Positions 1-13,266 of a stretch of 64,000 nucleotides of DNA are shown piece after piece (the stretch's first letter is position 1; every line of letters begins with the position of its first letter). The DNA comes from Octopus vulgaris (lineage: Eukaryota): the NCBI GenBank assembly GCA_951406725.2, contig OX597835.1:50034001-50098000 (forward strand). Reading direction: 5' to 3'. Made by a program: the position numbers and the translations under genes. The notes under the pieces were generated by a model. The model was not told the DNA's origin and did no database searches. It saw only the letters and a list, made by a program, of their open reading frames with translations.

Positions 1-466
1 TCCCAGCTTGCCAGTCCTCCTCAGTCAAACCGTTCAACCCATGCCAGAATGGAAAGTGGATGACAATGATATAAGCTCAAGGCCAGTAATTTCTGGGCGG
101 GGCACAAGTCGATTACACCAGCCCCACCCGTACTTATTCCATTGACTGTGAAATGATGAGAGGCAAAGAATATATTTCATTAGTAACTAGCAGGATAGAA
201 GGGTGGGTGGGTGCACGCACGCACACACACACACACACACACACATGCATAAATTCTAGTGTAAGCCAAGCAATAACTGCTAGAGATTATAATTGCTTAA
301 TAACATTGTTCAATTGTAGAGAATCCTCAGAGTTCATCCAAGCTTACCATTTTCTCATTTTCTCTCCATTAACAGCATCGTATTTGAAACATCAGCAATT
401 ATTATTGGACACAAATTAATGAGGGGACAAACTTTCAAGAAGTGTAAAATCTTTTTAATTACTTAC

Positions 467-551
467 TTGCTGAAGAATTAAATCCTTTCTCCAAAACACT
501 AAGATCTTCGTATGTTAAATCTATTGATGGGATCGAGTGACTTCCTGGGAT
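467..551 (-). CDS. RABL6: RABL6 exon 12 (gene continues beyond left edge)
   Basis: cttcag acceptor, A|gtaagt donor. Phase 0 open frame IPGSHSIPSIDLTYEDLSVLEKGFNSSA, 85 nt. Supported by splice sites and phase only. Confidence 0.75.
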
Positions 552-831
552 CTGAAGATGGGAACAGAAAATAGATATGGAAAGGGATAAGTAAAGGCAT
601 TACAATATGGTGTGTATGTGTGCAACTACTCAGTTTAGATGGTCAGGGATTGTAGTATCACTTTGGTGTAATGGCTAGCACAGCTCTATGGTTCCCCACA
701 TTAGAACATGGTGTTTGAATCCTACCAGGATAGAGACACACCATCAGAAAATGCTCAATTGTTATTCTTGGAAGCATTTTACAATAAAAAACATTATTTT
801 AACATAACCTATCAATCTACCTAACTATATC

Positions 832-883
<52 letters not shown>

Positions 884-1375
884 TGTGTACGAAAGAGATT
901 TAATAAAGGAATAAATGATAATCTTATGATCTTCATTAGTTTAGGATTGTTTCTGCTCTAAGATGCAGCGGAGTCATAGTTGAGTGCCTGAATAACTCTT
1001 TATTGCTTCAGTCCTTGATATATCAGGAACGTCTACGATGATGATGATGATGATAGTAATGACTTTTATTATGTTTATCAATTGGTATCACCATCATTAT
1101 TTTTCAGTGATCAGCATGTTTTCAGTTCATTGGACAAGGGACAGTATCTTCAAAAGTTTTAGGGGTGGATCATATTGACCCCCCACCCCAATACTAATTT
1201 TAACCTGGCATTTAATTTACCTCTCATTCATCTCCCATCTCTGAAAAGGTTTGACCTTTTGCCTGTGTCCACAGAGATGGAACCAGACATACAATTTTAT
1301 GCTGGTATACACAAATATATATACCTGTATACATACAAACACACGTGTATGTCTATGTGTGTGTGTGTGTGTATA

Positions 1376-1735
1376 CGAGGTGGTGTCAAAATATTCCCGA
1401 ACTAGTTCTGTAGCACACAAACAGATGGCAGCACATGGTTGCATGCACAGTGACCTTCATGGGGCTGAGTGACATTGCTGTGTTTACTTTGCATGATGTG
1501 AAATTTGTGTTTTTCTGATGACATGTTTGATGATGTCACACCTGCTGTTGATGACTTTTTTGACCATCAGAATCAAAGCTTCTTCACCAATGGGGTCCAA
1601 GCACTGTGACACCGACAGAAGAAGTGTGTGGACCATAAAAAAGATTATGTTGCAGAATAAACCACATTTGGTCACATTCGATAGGAGTATCATAAAAATC
1701 CCATTCCCTGTGACCCTGGAATTGTTTTGAGATTG
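1376..1735 (+). mobile_element. Internally deleted mariner remnant
   Basis: TA-CGAGGTGGTGTCAAAA terminus; degenerate transposase C-terminus KKCVDHKKDYVAE* near 1620-1660. Confidence 0.65.
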
Positions 1736-1849
1736 GAAAAGCAAAATCTGTCAGTCATAAAGAAAAAAAAGGGGCCACCAAAAGCTACAAATACCAAACT
1801 TCTGAGAAGCTATTCAGATGGCACCAATACTTGGAAGAGTTCATGCATC

Positions 1850-2047
1850 ATTCAAAACTTCCAGGCTTTCTGAGATTCGCCAACACTACACCTGATTTTC
1901 TCCCCTCCATACACATGCAAGCATGTATCTGACTCATACACTGTTCACTTCCCAGACATTTGCACATCACTGCATATACTTTATATGCACTTTCGACAAG
2001 TTGTGATGCACCTGAGCACTGTATACAATAATTTCATTATTATTATT
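1850..2047 (+). mobile_element. LINE (CR1/L2-type) 3' end fragment
   Basis: Ends gcacctgagcactgtatacaata(att)n; a related copy lies on the minus strand at about 15195-15550. Confidence 0.5.
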
Positions 2048-2207
2048 GAGGAAAGTGTTGTGTCTCTAAGCTATGGGATGGAACTGAGACATGGAACTGA
2101 GGCATCGATAAATCAGTGAATAGAAATTATAATAAAAAATAAAGCAAACCAAATATATAAAATAAAAAAACAAAACAAGAGGACACACACACACAAATCA
2201 TAAATAC

Positions 2208-2688
2208 CTCTGCTGAACTCTGTGTTAGACTGTTGGGCATATCATTTGAGTTCTCATCTTCGCTGATATCTTCAATATCCTGGGCCACATGAGGTTGTGA
2301 TGCATCTTCGTTATCTTCCGAATGTTGCTCCTCATCGTTTCTCGGCTCTTTGATTGTTTTACCTGCAATTTGGACTTTATCAGAGATGTCAGGCTCTGAT
2401 TCTGAAGAAAGTTTCCGGTTGGCCTTCTGTGAGAAAGTTGTAGAAGAGTTGGAAGAGGAGGAATTGGTCGACTTCTTGCTGTCGTTGGTGTTGTCCTTGC
2501 TGGCAGAGAGAGAGAGCTTCTTGGACGCAACTGGAACAATGAGAATGTCTTCATCACTGGAGAGGTCAAGGTTTGGCATGATGGGGAGCTTGCTGTTGTC
2601 GCCAGCGTTCTTCAGAGTGACTTCATCCTCAGAGTCAAGGTCATCTTGGAAACCCGCTACCATAGGATTGCCACTGTAGTCTTCATCA
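2208..2688 (-). CDS. RABL6: RABL6 exon 11 (acidic region)
   Basis: (S)DEDYSGNPMVAGFQDDLDSED...SSAE contains the RABL6 NPMVAGFQDD motif. tttcag/gtattt sites, 481 nt. Confidence 0.93.
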
Positions 2689-3874
2689 CTGAAACAGACA
2701 GGCAGACATTGTAGTTAAGTCAAAGGGACACCCCAGGAGGGACTTTCAACAACAACAATTTAAATTGTTCAAGCAACAAAAAGAATTTCTACATTGAATC
2801 ATCATCATCATCATCATTTAGTATCTGTTTTCCATGTTGGTATGGGTTGGACGGTTTGACTGGAACTGGTAAGCCAGACAGCTGCAGCACCAGGCTTCAG
2901 TCTGATTTCACTGGGCTTCTACGGCTTGATGCTCTTCCTAATGCCAACCATGCCACAGTGTACCAGGTGTCTTTTACATGTCACTGGCACAGGTGCCTTT
3001 CATGTGTCACCAGCATTGGCCACAATTACGATTTCACTTAGCTTGATGTGAATCATAGTGGAAAGTGGTCGGATATTCCACAGATACTTATAAGCCTTTG
3101 ATAAGTGTTTCAAATTTTAGCAGGTTTTAGCTATTTTAGAGAGACTGAGTTAAGTCAGTTACATCAACCTTGCTACTTTACTGATACTTTGTTTTATCAA
3201 CCCCCAAAATATGAAAGGTACAGTCAACGTCAGCAGAGTTTGAACTCAGGACATAAAGAACCACAAGAAATACTGCTAAACATTTTTATTTGATACTCAA
3301 ATGGTTCTGCCAGTTCGCCATCTTAATAATAATAATAATGATAATAATAATGGCTTCAAATTTTTGCATCAGGTTAGCTATTTTAGGTAGGGATCAGTCA
3401 ATTACATGAAGCCCAGTACTTCACTGACACCTTATTTTATTGGCCCTAAAAGGTTAAAAGTTGACCTTGGCAAAGTCTGAACTCTGGACATTACTTCTGA
3501 GCTGGAAGAAATGCTGCTAAGCATTTTGTTCAGGATGCTGACGATTCTGGCAGCTTGCTGCCTTGTCTCCGATAACAATAATAAGATAATCCTCGGCTAG
3601 AATTAGCAAAACACATTATGTGATGGAGCAGCATTGAGTTCAGTTCATCTGGCGACCTTCCACAGTTTCTGGTCACCGAGAAAGCAAGGGTTGACCAAGG
3701 CTATAGCAGAGAACACTTGACCAAGATGTCACATGCAGTGGGATTAAACCTATGGCTTTGTGTTTGTGAAGTGAACTTTGTAGTTGATCAACTGTATCTG
3801 CACCCTTATCACAGTTGTAACTATTACTGTTGACTAACTAAAGTGCTTGTCTGCCACCTGCAAGTACTTACCTT

Positions 3875-4260
3875 CTTGAACCATGCTTAAAAACAATATA
3901 AGCTAAAGAACATCGATTGGCTACGATGCAAGGGGCCAATGAAAGGTCCATACTAGAAATATCACGAAGACAACACATTTGAAATGAGTTGGAGTGAATG
4001 GTGTGATTGCAGAGTACTGAAAGTCCAAGTTTTGTTGGGCTGGGCATGTTGCAAGGTTCATGGGCAACAGGCGGACTTGTGCAGTTGACAAGTGCTATCT
4101 AAGAAATTGGAAAAACTACTTGGAAGGCTTCGATAATAATGGAAAGGGGATTTAGTCAAACAATTTTGGTCAAGGTGGAAAAGAACAGGACAATGAAGAC
4201 AAAACTGGAAGCGCATTGTGACCAGCAGTGTATAACAAGATCTGGTGGTCTGGTCGATTG
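3875..4260 (+). mobile_element. Decayed RTE LINE C-terminal fragment
   Basis: tgggctgggcatgttgcaagg encodes WAGHVAR, typical of the RTE ORF2 end; many stops. Confidence 0.55.
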
Positions 4261-4709
4261 ATACAACTAACACTTATTCATAGACATAAGGACAGGACCT
4301 CTGAAACTGTTGGAGAGTGTGGCATGACAGAAGAAATTATGCCTCATGGGTTGCAGTGTTTCAAGATGTTGACTTATGCTCAAACCAGAGACTTGGTCTG
4401 AATGCTTGCAATAAGAGTGGACTCAAATAAAAGGCACCAAAGTAGACCCATTCATGAGATTGCCTACAGTTTCCATCAGCCCAGTTCCACACACTATAGC
4501 TTGATCTGATCACTTGTCAAAGATGCTGTACCATGGGATTGAAACAAAACTTTGGTGATTAGAATCAAAACTCCTTAACTGCATCATCAAGTCTGTGCTG
4601 TTTGGTTTGGTTTTAGATGAAATTCTTTTTTAAAAAATGGTGAAAATAAAACCATCAGGAAATGTATGGATGGGAGAGAAAGAAAAAAGAATTGACAAAA
4701 TGTGATTAC

Positions 4710-4863
4710 CTGTCACTTTCCTTGTCTTTATTAGCTGGATTACATGAAGCAGTCATTCGATGATCCTTCGTATCATCCAGAAAGCTACTGTCCAGTTCTT
4801 CACCATCTGGAATAAATTCCTCAACACTTTTCACAGCCTTTTCAACATTAACTTCCACAGCTT
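4710..4863 (-). CDS. RABL6: RABL6 exon 10
   Basis: (E)AVEVNVEKAVKSVEEFIPDGEELDSSFLDDTKDH...KESD, matching the RABL6 SVEDFVPD..LD.SFLED motif. cag/gtaat sites, 154 nt. Confidence 0.93.
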
Positions 4864-5126
4864 CTGTCGATAAAAAAGAAAAAAGTCACAAAAAAATCAT
4901 TCTTGAAAATAAAAACTGAATGGTAACAGTAATCACAATATGGACTTTGAAGATAGCAAAGAATATTTTTTATTGTTTATTTGACTTAAAGGGAGGAGGC
5001 TAACCACAGATTCTCAGGTTCAGTCTCACTGCATGACAACTTGGACAAGTTTTTTTCCACTCCAGTCAAGGCTGACTTGAAGTCTCAGTGGATTTGGTTG
5101 ACAGAAACTGAAAGAAGTCTATCATA

Positions 5127-5161
<35 letters not shown>

Positions 5162-5952
5162 TTGTTTCCTTGTTTTGGCATCATGTGATAGTTGTGTCAC
5201 CATCAAACAAGCTGTGCCCTTTATTTTCAATCTTCTGTGAAATACGTTTGGCCATTGGGGAATATTACAGCCACAGGAAGGATGGGAGGTTAAGTTGACC
5301 TCATTACATCCCTTCACTTCAGAATGTTAAGGGATGTCACTAAATGCTAAATTCTAACTGTACCATTTCTACAAGTCACTCTTCTTCATAAGGAGACATA
5401 ACGGATAAAGGACTACATTTCTTTCTGTGGGAGGTGGAAATCAGCCAACAAAACAAGTGCCTGGTGGTTGTAATGATGGTGTTTAAGGGGGCCCCTGTTA
5501 ATCTTATCCTCATTTCCAAAAGATAACATGAGGATATCGTCTTATACTCCAGCTAGAAAATTTGAACCTGAAATGATTCAGGTGTGGCTGTGTGGTTGCT
5601 TCCCAACCACAGAGTTTCAGGTTCATTCCCTGGTATCATGGGTGAATAGAGTTGGTAGATGGAAACAGAAAGAAGCCCATTGTGCATGTGTGTGTGTGTT
5701 TGTGTCAATTGGTCTCAACCTTGTATAACAGCTGTAAATGAGTGTTACAGCCATACAATGATCAGCAAAAAAAAAAATATCCGGCCGGGGGGGGGGGATA
5801 TTACGTTGCTAGGAAACCGGTTGGAGCTAGCAACAGAAACAGCACAAAATATCTGCTTCAATAAACTCCATGGATGGTAAAACAACAATACTAATGAAGC
5901 AAAAAGGAAATTGCAAAGACACAGATATAGAATAACATTCTTCAGTTCTTAC

Positions 5953-6249
5953 CTGCTTGACTGTTAACATCTGGAGTGGATAACTGCAACTTGTTTCCAA
6001 ATATCCGAGAAAAGAAGCCAGTTTTCGGCTCTGCCTGGGGTGTACTGCCAGCGGAGGAAGATGCATTTCCAGCTGCTCCGGTTACGGCTACTCCTCCTCC
6101 TGCACCTCCACCATTACAGGCTGGTGGCTGATTTGTAGGGGACTGCAGAGAAGTAGGGGGCATTTGCATAACGGAACCAGGTAAGGAATGAGAGTAAGAC
6201 TGGGATGTTGGTAATTTAGGTAAAGAATTGGCAGATGCTGACCGAGAAA
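5953..6249 (-). CDS. RABL6: RABL6 exon 9 (Ser/Pro/Gly-rich)
   Basis: (V)SRSASANSLPKL...EPKTGFFSRIFGNK...SQA, including an SRIFG motif like RABL6 ISRLFG. tttcag/gtaag sites, 297 nt. Confidence 0.92.
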
Positions 6250-7214
6250 CTGAAAGGGAAAAAAGTATAAATAAAACATTAGATGTGGCAACAACCACGA
6301 TTCCACGTCTTGGCACAAGGCCAGCAAGTTGGGTGTGCGGGGGTGGGGGGTTGTAGAGAATAAAAGTCATTACATCGACTCCACTGCGCTAAGGATTCTG
6401 CCAGCTCACCACCGTAATAATAATAATAATAATAATTCTTTGTAATTTGAGTGAAAGACCAACAATTTCAGTGGGAGACGATAAGTCCCTTCAACATTCA
6501 ATTTTTGATGCTTGCATGGGTCAAATGGAAGTTTGTTGCAGTAGATTTTCTACAATTAGATGCCCTTCCTGTTTCTCCATGACCAGATATATTTCTCATG
6601 GAGGGAAGCAAACAACCCCACAAGTATGATGGTGATGTTCATTTACAACCATCACATGAAGTCAAGAAAAGGCTACACATATATATGATCATTGCCAGAG
6701 CGGCTATCTGGCCTCCATGCCGGTGGCACATAAAAGACACCATTCGAGTATGATCACTACCAGCGTCGCCTTACTGGCACCTGTGCTAGTGGCATGTGTA
6801 AAAGATTCAAGCGAGGTCGTTGCCAGTACCAACTGACTGGCCCCCGTGCCGGTGGCAAGTAAAAGCACCCACTACACTCTCGGAGTGGTTGGCGTTAGGA
6901 AAGACATCCAGCTGTAGAAACTCTGCCAGATCAAGATTGAAGCCTGGTGCCACCATCTGGTTTGCCAATCCTCAGTCAAATCGTCCAACCAATGCTAGCA
7001 TGGAAAGCGGACGTTAAACGATGATGATGATACATATATATATACATACACACACATATGCATATACATATGTAAGTAGAGATTGTTTGAAGTAATGTAC
7101 AGAGTTTGTATATTAAGAAAAAGCAGCCAGTCATCATAATGAATCCCTAAAATGGATGAAAGTACTAAATAAATAGTTTTTATCCAAATCCAGACTATCT
7201 CCTTTATATATATA

Positions 7215-7609
7215 CTAGCAGTATCGCCCGGCGTTGCTCGGGTTTGTAAGGGAAATAACTATATAAGCATTTTTAGAGATGTAAAGTATAATAGCCATCT
7301 CAATATGGCTAACCACGAAGCGGGGTGTAACTGTAGCTTTTTACGTTCTGAGATTTAATAATAAATTTTTAGAGAGTTACTTCCCTTATATATGCCAAAA
7401 ATGCATTAAAAACGGGAAAAATTGATGGTAAATTTTTTTTAAAATTGTAGACTCATCGTAGACGTGCGCTAATACCCAGAAGGGCTCAATATGAATCACG
7501 ACTATAAGATACCCGGTTTTGGTTAAACTGCACTGCAAAATGTGGGAGTAGTTAGGAATCTAAATCGTAGGAGACAGACAGCACACCACCTCACTTTTAT
7601 ATATAAAGA
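7215..7609 (-). mobile_element. Non-autonomous Helitron (395 bp)
   Basis: Minus strand begins A|TCTTTATATATAAAAG and ends with a CCCGAGCAACGCCGGG hairpin then CTAG|T; inserted between A and T with no TSD. Confidence 0.8.
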
Positions 7610-8254
7610 TATATATATATATATATATATACGACAGGCTTCTTTCAGTTTCCGTCTACCAAATGCACTCACAAGGCTTTGGTTGGCCTGAGGCTATAGT
7701 AGAAGACACTTGCCCAAGGTGCCATGCAGTGGGACTGAACCTGGAACATACATGCATGCAATAGGCTTCTTTCAGTTTACATTTACCAGATGCACTCACA
7801 AGTTTTAGGCTGGTTGGGTCTGTTGTAAAAGAAGACTTGCTTAAGCTGCCATGCAGGCAGTGGTGGTGGTGGTGGTGGGGCAAATGGTTCAGAAACAAGC
7901 TTCTTCACCACACAACCAGGAGGCACTTAAAGGTGTGTTTAGTTGTCTTGACATTGCATGACGGTCGCTGCACTGACATTAGAAGTAGAGTCTTTTGTTT
8001 CCAATCATGCATGGAAACATCTCCAGTCACGGGGAAATATCATCTTGCTAAAGATAAACACCAAATCCAAATCTGTTGTTAGTTGTCATAGAAACTAGCT
8101 GACCAGTCAATATAGTTGTTACATATCAACTATTTAGTGATTTGGAAGTAAAGGATAAACATCAGATGTAGGTTGATCAGTGAATATCGGTTGTGTAACT
8201 ACGAGATCTGGTTGTTGGACTCTAAAGATAAAGAAACATTAAACAGCTTATGTA

Positions 8255-10581
8255 CAAGATGCATTCCTGAAGTTTTGAGACTTTTACTGATTCAAAAGAG
8301 GTACAAAACTCCTTCAAAGTAGGATCATCTGACTTCAGTGCCCTTGTTACAACACCCCAGCCAATTCATGCAGGCCCTGTGAAAGTCCTCCAAAGGGAAG
8401 GTGTCCAGGACCTTTGTCACAGCCTCCTTCATCTCTTTCAGCTTGGGGGACAATCGAAAGTCATAAGGAACAAGGTCTGGACTATAGGGAAGGCAACAAA
8501 TAGTTTCAATGCCCATCTCTGTAAAGCAGGGGTCACCAGGATGGAAGTAAGTGGAAGAAAGAACTCCCCAAAATCCAAACTCAAACCAGCAAGTGAAGTT
8601 GAATGGCTTAAACTAAACAAAGATTACTTTAAGAACCTAGTTGGTATAGCACCTGAAGTTACCAAATCATTCATTCTCAACTTGGGGAGTTTTCTATGGG
8701 TGAACGGGAGGCAGTCATAAAATGGGTGAAGAACAGAAAGACATATTTTTTAGACAAAAGTTTGAAAAACAGGGAAATTTAATGACATTCTTCTTTAACT
8801 CTGTAATGCTGTGTACAATCAAATCCATACAGAAAAAATGGAGTGGAGAATGTATCCTCTCATTTCCAAAGAAGAGAGATTTTAGTGTCACCAAAAGCTA
8901 CAGAGGGATTACTCTTACATATCAGCTAAAGTTAACAATGTGCCATGCAACTCAATCTGAGCAGAGACTGAAAAAAATCTTGAGAAAAAACCAGAATAGC
9001 TTTCTAACAAATAGATCAACATTAGCCCTGAAGGAATTCACGTGAGAAACCTGAAAGCAGTCCTCCTATTTCTTGACTTTTTTATGGGCTTTGACTTGAT
9101 ACGCAGAGGGGAAATGGAAGAAATACTTCTTGCACACAATATCCTAAAGGAAACTGTCAATGCCATCATGATGTTGTCTAGAAATACTCAGCCTATAGTT
9201 TGTTCCCCAGATGCTGACACAGAATTGACATAGTGGCTGGTGTCTTCCAGGGTGACACCTTGGTACCCTACTTGTTCACTGTATGTCTAGATTATAGTCT
9301 TTGCACATATATGAATGTAATGAAGGACAAAGGCTCTTCAACCTGCCAAATATAGACGTTTTCCAACCATGACCACCACAGACACTGACTATGCTGATGA
9401 TTTGGCACTATTAGCAGAAGATGTTTGTGATGCAGAGTCTCTTTGCACAGCCTTGAAACTGCTGCTAGAAGTGTTGGTCTCTGTGTCAATGTGGACAAGA
9501 CAGAATATAGGATGTAGAACTAGAGTAGCAACATTAACTCCACATCTGGAAAATTCTTGAAAAATGTTGATGAATTCACATACCTTGGAAGTACAATTGC
9601 AAAGAACGGTCCACAAGTGATGTTCAAGTCCAAATTGGAAAAGCCTGGGGAGTGTTAAAGAAACTACCAATGGTCTGGAAATCTAAGTTTCCATTGAATT
9701 TGAAATGTAATTTCTTTCAGGCAGTTGTTTCAGGCAGTTCTGTTTGATGAATGTACAACAGAGACTCTAACAAAGCATCTTGAAAAGAAAATTGATAGAA
9801 TTTATACAAAAATGCTTTGAGCGTCTCTGGACATCTCGAGATAACATCCGATGAAAGAACTTCCCAACAGTAATTTACAACCAACATTACGTCATCCGAG
9901 AAAGAAGATTTGCTGGACATTGCTGGAGAGCAAAGGACGAGATCCTCAGCAAGGTTCTTGTTTCGGAACCGAAGTATGGGTATGCAAATGTTGGGAGATC
10001 ACATCACACCTACATGGAGCAACTGAGTGAGGGCTCTGAGTGCACCTGAGAAGACCGACCAGGTGCAATGGCAGACAGAACAGACTGGAGAGAATGCATT
10101 AAGCATGACTGGAAGATGATGAAGATGGAACCTGTGGACTGTTGCATTGTCTTGGTGCAGGTGCTTTGGCCTTTTGTGATGAACTCCCTTAAAATTCCCA
10201 CAAAACACTTTTTGCTGACAGTTTGGACTCTTGTGTCAGTGAAAAACAATTGCTTGCTTCATACAAATTAATTCACAAAGCAGTCAGGTGCATTTAATAA
10301 GCTTCTGTAGCATTTTTGACCAATTTAACACAAGATTTTATTCCAAGTTTCCAAATTGTCCTCACACCCTGACTGCATTCTGCAAACAACTGTGACAAGC
10401 AGTGTTTAGCAGGATGTGTTCAAAGTGCCTGTTACAATTCTCTCCTCCTTCAATCTGGAATAACAAAAGTTGGCAGGTCAGCTTATTAGATGCACAGTGA
10501 AGATACAGTAACACTACAATAACTGCTGAGAGTTACTGAACTACTCCAAAAAAAGTCTCGAAACTTCTGGAATGCACCTTG
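8255..10581 (-). mobile_element. Decayed mariner split by a LINE
   Basis: TIRs caagatgcattcctgaagttttgagactttt and aaaagtctcgaaacttctggaatgcaccttg. Transposase motifs LHQDNATVH (about 10150) and PYSPDLVPYD (about 8480). Confidence 0.85.
8547..10123 (+). mobile_element. 5'-truncated RTE-clade LINE inserted in the mariner
   Basis: FPKKRDFSVTKSYRGITL, QGDTL and DYADDLALL motifs; GAT-type tail; GATGGAA duplicated at 8540-8546 and 10124-10130. Confidence 0.85.
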
Positions 10582-10600
10582 TGTGTCTAATTTCACTTAC

Positions 10601-10737
10601 CAGGCTGTGATGTTGTCCCATTTGTTATGACACCAGAGGCAGCTAACTCAGCCTGCCTTTGTTTGGCTTCTTCCATAATTTTCTCAGCTAGCTTTTCTTG
10701 TTGTTGTCGCCGCTGGGCACAGAGGTTATCTATAAAT
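10601..10737 (-). CDS. RABL6: RABL6 exon 8
   Basis: (I)FIDNLCAQRRQQQEKLAEKIMEEAKQRQAELAASGVITNGTTSQP. ttccag/gtaagt sites, phase 2 to 1 fits both neighbours, 137 nt. Confidence 0.9.
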
Positions 10738-10850
10738 CTGGAATTGGAAGGAAACAATTAAAGCTAAAGGAATTGTGGTATAATCAACAATAGTAGAAGC
10801 GGCAGGGGCTACACTTTATCTAACTGAAGTAAGGGATAATACATATATAC

Positions 10851-10902
<52 letters not shown>

Positions 10903-11305
10903 TTAATTTCTCGACCCCAAGAGGATGAAAGACAAAGTTAACCTCGGCAGATTTTGAACTCAGAACGTAAAGACAGATGAAATGTCATGAAGTATTACGG
11001 CCGGCATGCTAATGATTCTGCCAGTTCACCGCCTTAATAACAACAACAACAACAATAATAATAATTTTCCATTCTACTCTAGGCACAAGGCCTGAAATTT
11101 TTGGGGAGGGGACAAGTTGATTACATCAACCGCAGTGTTTCACAGGTTCTTAATTTATCAACCCCAAAATGATGAAAGACAAAGTCAACCTTGATGGAAT
11201 TTGAACTTAGAACGTGGTGATGGGTGAAATACCACAAAGCATTTCATCCAACACGCTAACAATTCTGACAACTTGCCACTTTAAGTGATGATAATAATAA
11301 TAATA

Positions 11306-11640
11306 ACTGAGATCACCAAGATTTGACAGCTATGACAGTCAAACATAAGATTTGACAGCTATGACAGTCAAACATAAGATTTGACAGCTATGACAGTCAA
11401 ACATAAGGTTGTCCTTGCTGTCATCGGAGTATTGACTTCAATACCACACAACATGAAGAAACATCTGGAAACTTTAGAAATACACAACAATCATGGTGCA
11501 TTGAATTGGCTTTACTTGGAACCACATGCATATTGCATAAGGTACTGTTTGAGGGCTTTGTTGTGACTTGACAGACAATACAAACCCCGAGTAGACACAA
11601 TATCTTCACTCTACAACATCATGTGTGATGTCTTCGATGA
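11306..11640 (+). mobile_element. RLE-type (R4/Dong-like) non-LTR 3' fragment with 3x29-bp duplication
   Basis: KVVLAVIGVLTSIPHNMKKHLETLEI resembles the RLE C-terminus VVPVVIGALG. AAGATTTGACAGCTATGACAGTCAAACAT occurs three times at 11318-11404. Confidence 0.6.
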
Positions 11641-12327
11641 TGATGATGATGATAATAATAATGGTTTCAAATTTTGCCACAAGGGCAGCAATTTTTTTGT
11701 GGGGAAGGGATGAGTTGATTACGTCAACCCCAGTAAAAGAATATGAATATAGTGCAGATTTTATTAAAATTATGTACCATAGCTCCATAGCATGGCTATA
11801 CATTTGTTCATAAATGTATTACACTGTGTACAGCATGTGCTGCAACATACACTGGAGTTACGGCACACTTGATATCATTGAACTAGTGAATATTGCATTC
11901 CTTGTTCTACTGACTGGATGATAGATTGAGGATATCACTGGTATTTCTCCTCAGTCACCTTTTAGTCAAGAACACAATTGTTGAGATCCCTACTATTACA
12001 CACACCATCATCATCATCACCTTCCTTCCTTTAATGTCTGCTTCCCATGCTGGCATGGGTTGGACGGTTCGATCACAGCTGGGGCACATGGGAGAGCTGT
12101 CACCAGGGCCTAGGTCGATTTGACTTGCTTTCTATGGCTGGATGCCCTTCCTAACATGCCAACCACTTAACAGTGTGTGCTGGGTGCTTTTAATATGGCA
12201 CCAGCAACCAGGCTATATCAGCTGAGAGTGCAACATTTTATGGTTCAAAACATATCAAAACCAAAACCTCAAAGATAAATTTTGTTTTTTAATTTTTTTT
12301 TTCCCCTGAGAAAGAAGATATACTCAC

Positions 12328-12431
12328 ATATCATAGTTTTGCTCTTCTGATTCTTCATGGATATTGAGTTCTTCAATTGTGGAGCGAATATCTTCTGAAT
12401 TGATTTCCAGCTGTTTCAGCAAAGTGACCCT
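12328..12431 (-). CDS. RABL6: RABL6 exon 7
   Basis: RVTLLKQLEINSEDIRSTIEELNIHEESEEQNYD, matching RABL6 RETLLRQLETN...EDQNY. cag/gtgagt sites, 104 nt. Confidence 0.95.
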
Positions 12432-12484
12432 CTGTGTAAGAATGAAGAAAATGGTACTTACAAGAGTGTGTGTGTGTGTGTGTG

Positions 12485-12520
<36 letters not shown>

Positions 12521-13160
12521 TACACACATGTAAGTGTATGGGAGTGAGAAAGTGATCGTGTATGAAAGTGTGCAAGAGCAAATATGTCCTCGCTTTAATG
12601 GAAAGAATAAGGTTAGTGCTTGGCCAATGTTGCATCGTCTCAGTTTGAACATGCATGTGAATATACACACCAAAATACACACACACACACACTCATTTGT
12701 TCATTTCAGGCCCATTCTCCCATACTCTTGTCAGTAAGCATTTTCTGTCTTTCAGTTAAGCTAGTTTTATCTTTGAAGGCATGAAACGAGTGGATGATTT
12801 GTTGACAGAAATGACAACAGTCCTGCTCATAGCTTGTGTTTCTCATTGAACAGACACACAGACACACGACGGGCTTCCTTCATCTTCCATCTATGACCAA
12901 CTTTGCTCACAAGGCTTTGGTTGGCATGAATCTATAGCAGAAGACCCTTGCCACAACAGTGACATATCCAATTAAAAAGAACCCAAAACAGATAAAAAAA
13001 GAAAACCCCTCCAAACAAACAAGGTTAACGCAGCATTCCAGTATGGTTGTAGCTGTGATGGCTAAAACAGAGAACATACACACACACGCACACATACACA
13101 CGCACACAGAGGCTCAAGTATGGTTAAGAAGCATCAATGAACTCTCTTTCATGTACTTAC

Positions 13161-13266
13161 TTGTAATTGAAGGAATGGTAAGTTAAAGAATTTATGTAAG
13201 TACTTCAGACCGTATCCATTTCTCATGGAAGACTCAGCATATCGTATCTGGGCAGCATCTTTTCCT
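13161..13266 (-). CDS. RABL6: RABL6 exon 6
   Basis: GKDAAQIRYAESSMRNGYGLKYLHKFFNLPFLQLQ, close to RABL6 YAESSMKNSFGLKYLHKFFNIPFLQLQ. tag/gtaagt sites, 106 nt. Confidence 0.97.

Noticed and set aside
11318-11407. CRISPR-like appearance of 29-bp repeats (also 26020-26175 and 46980-47160)
   Set aside because: No unique spacers, no cas genes, eukaryotic context.
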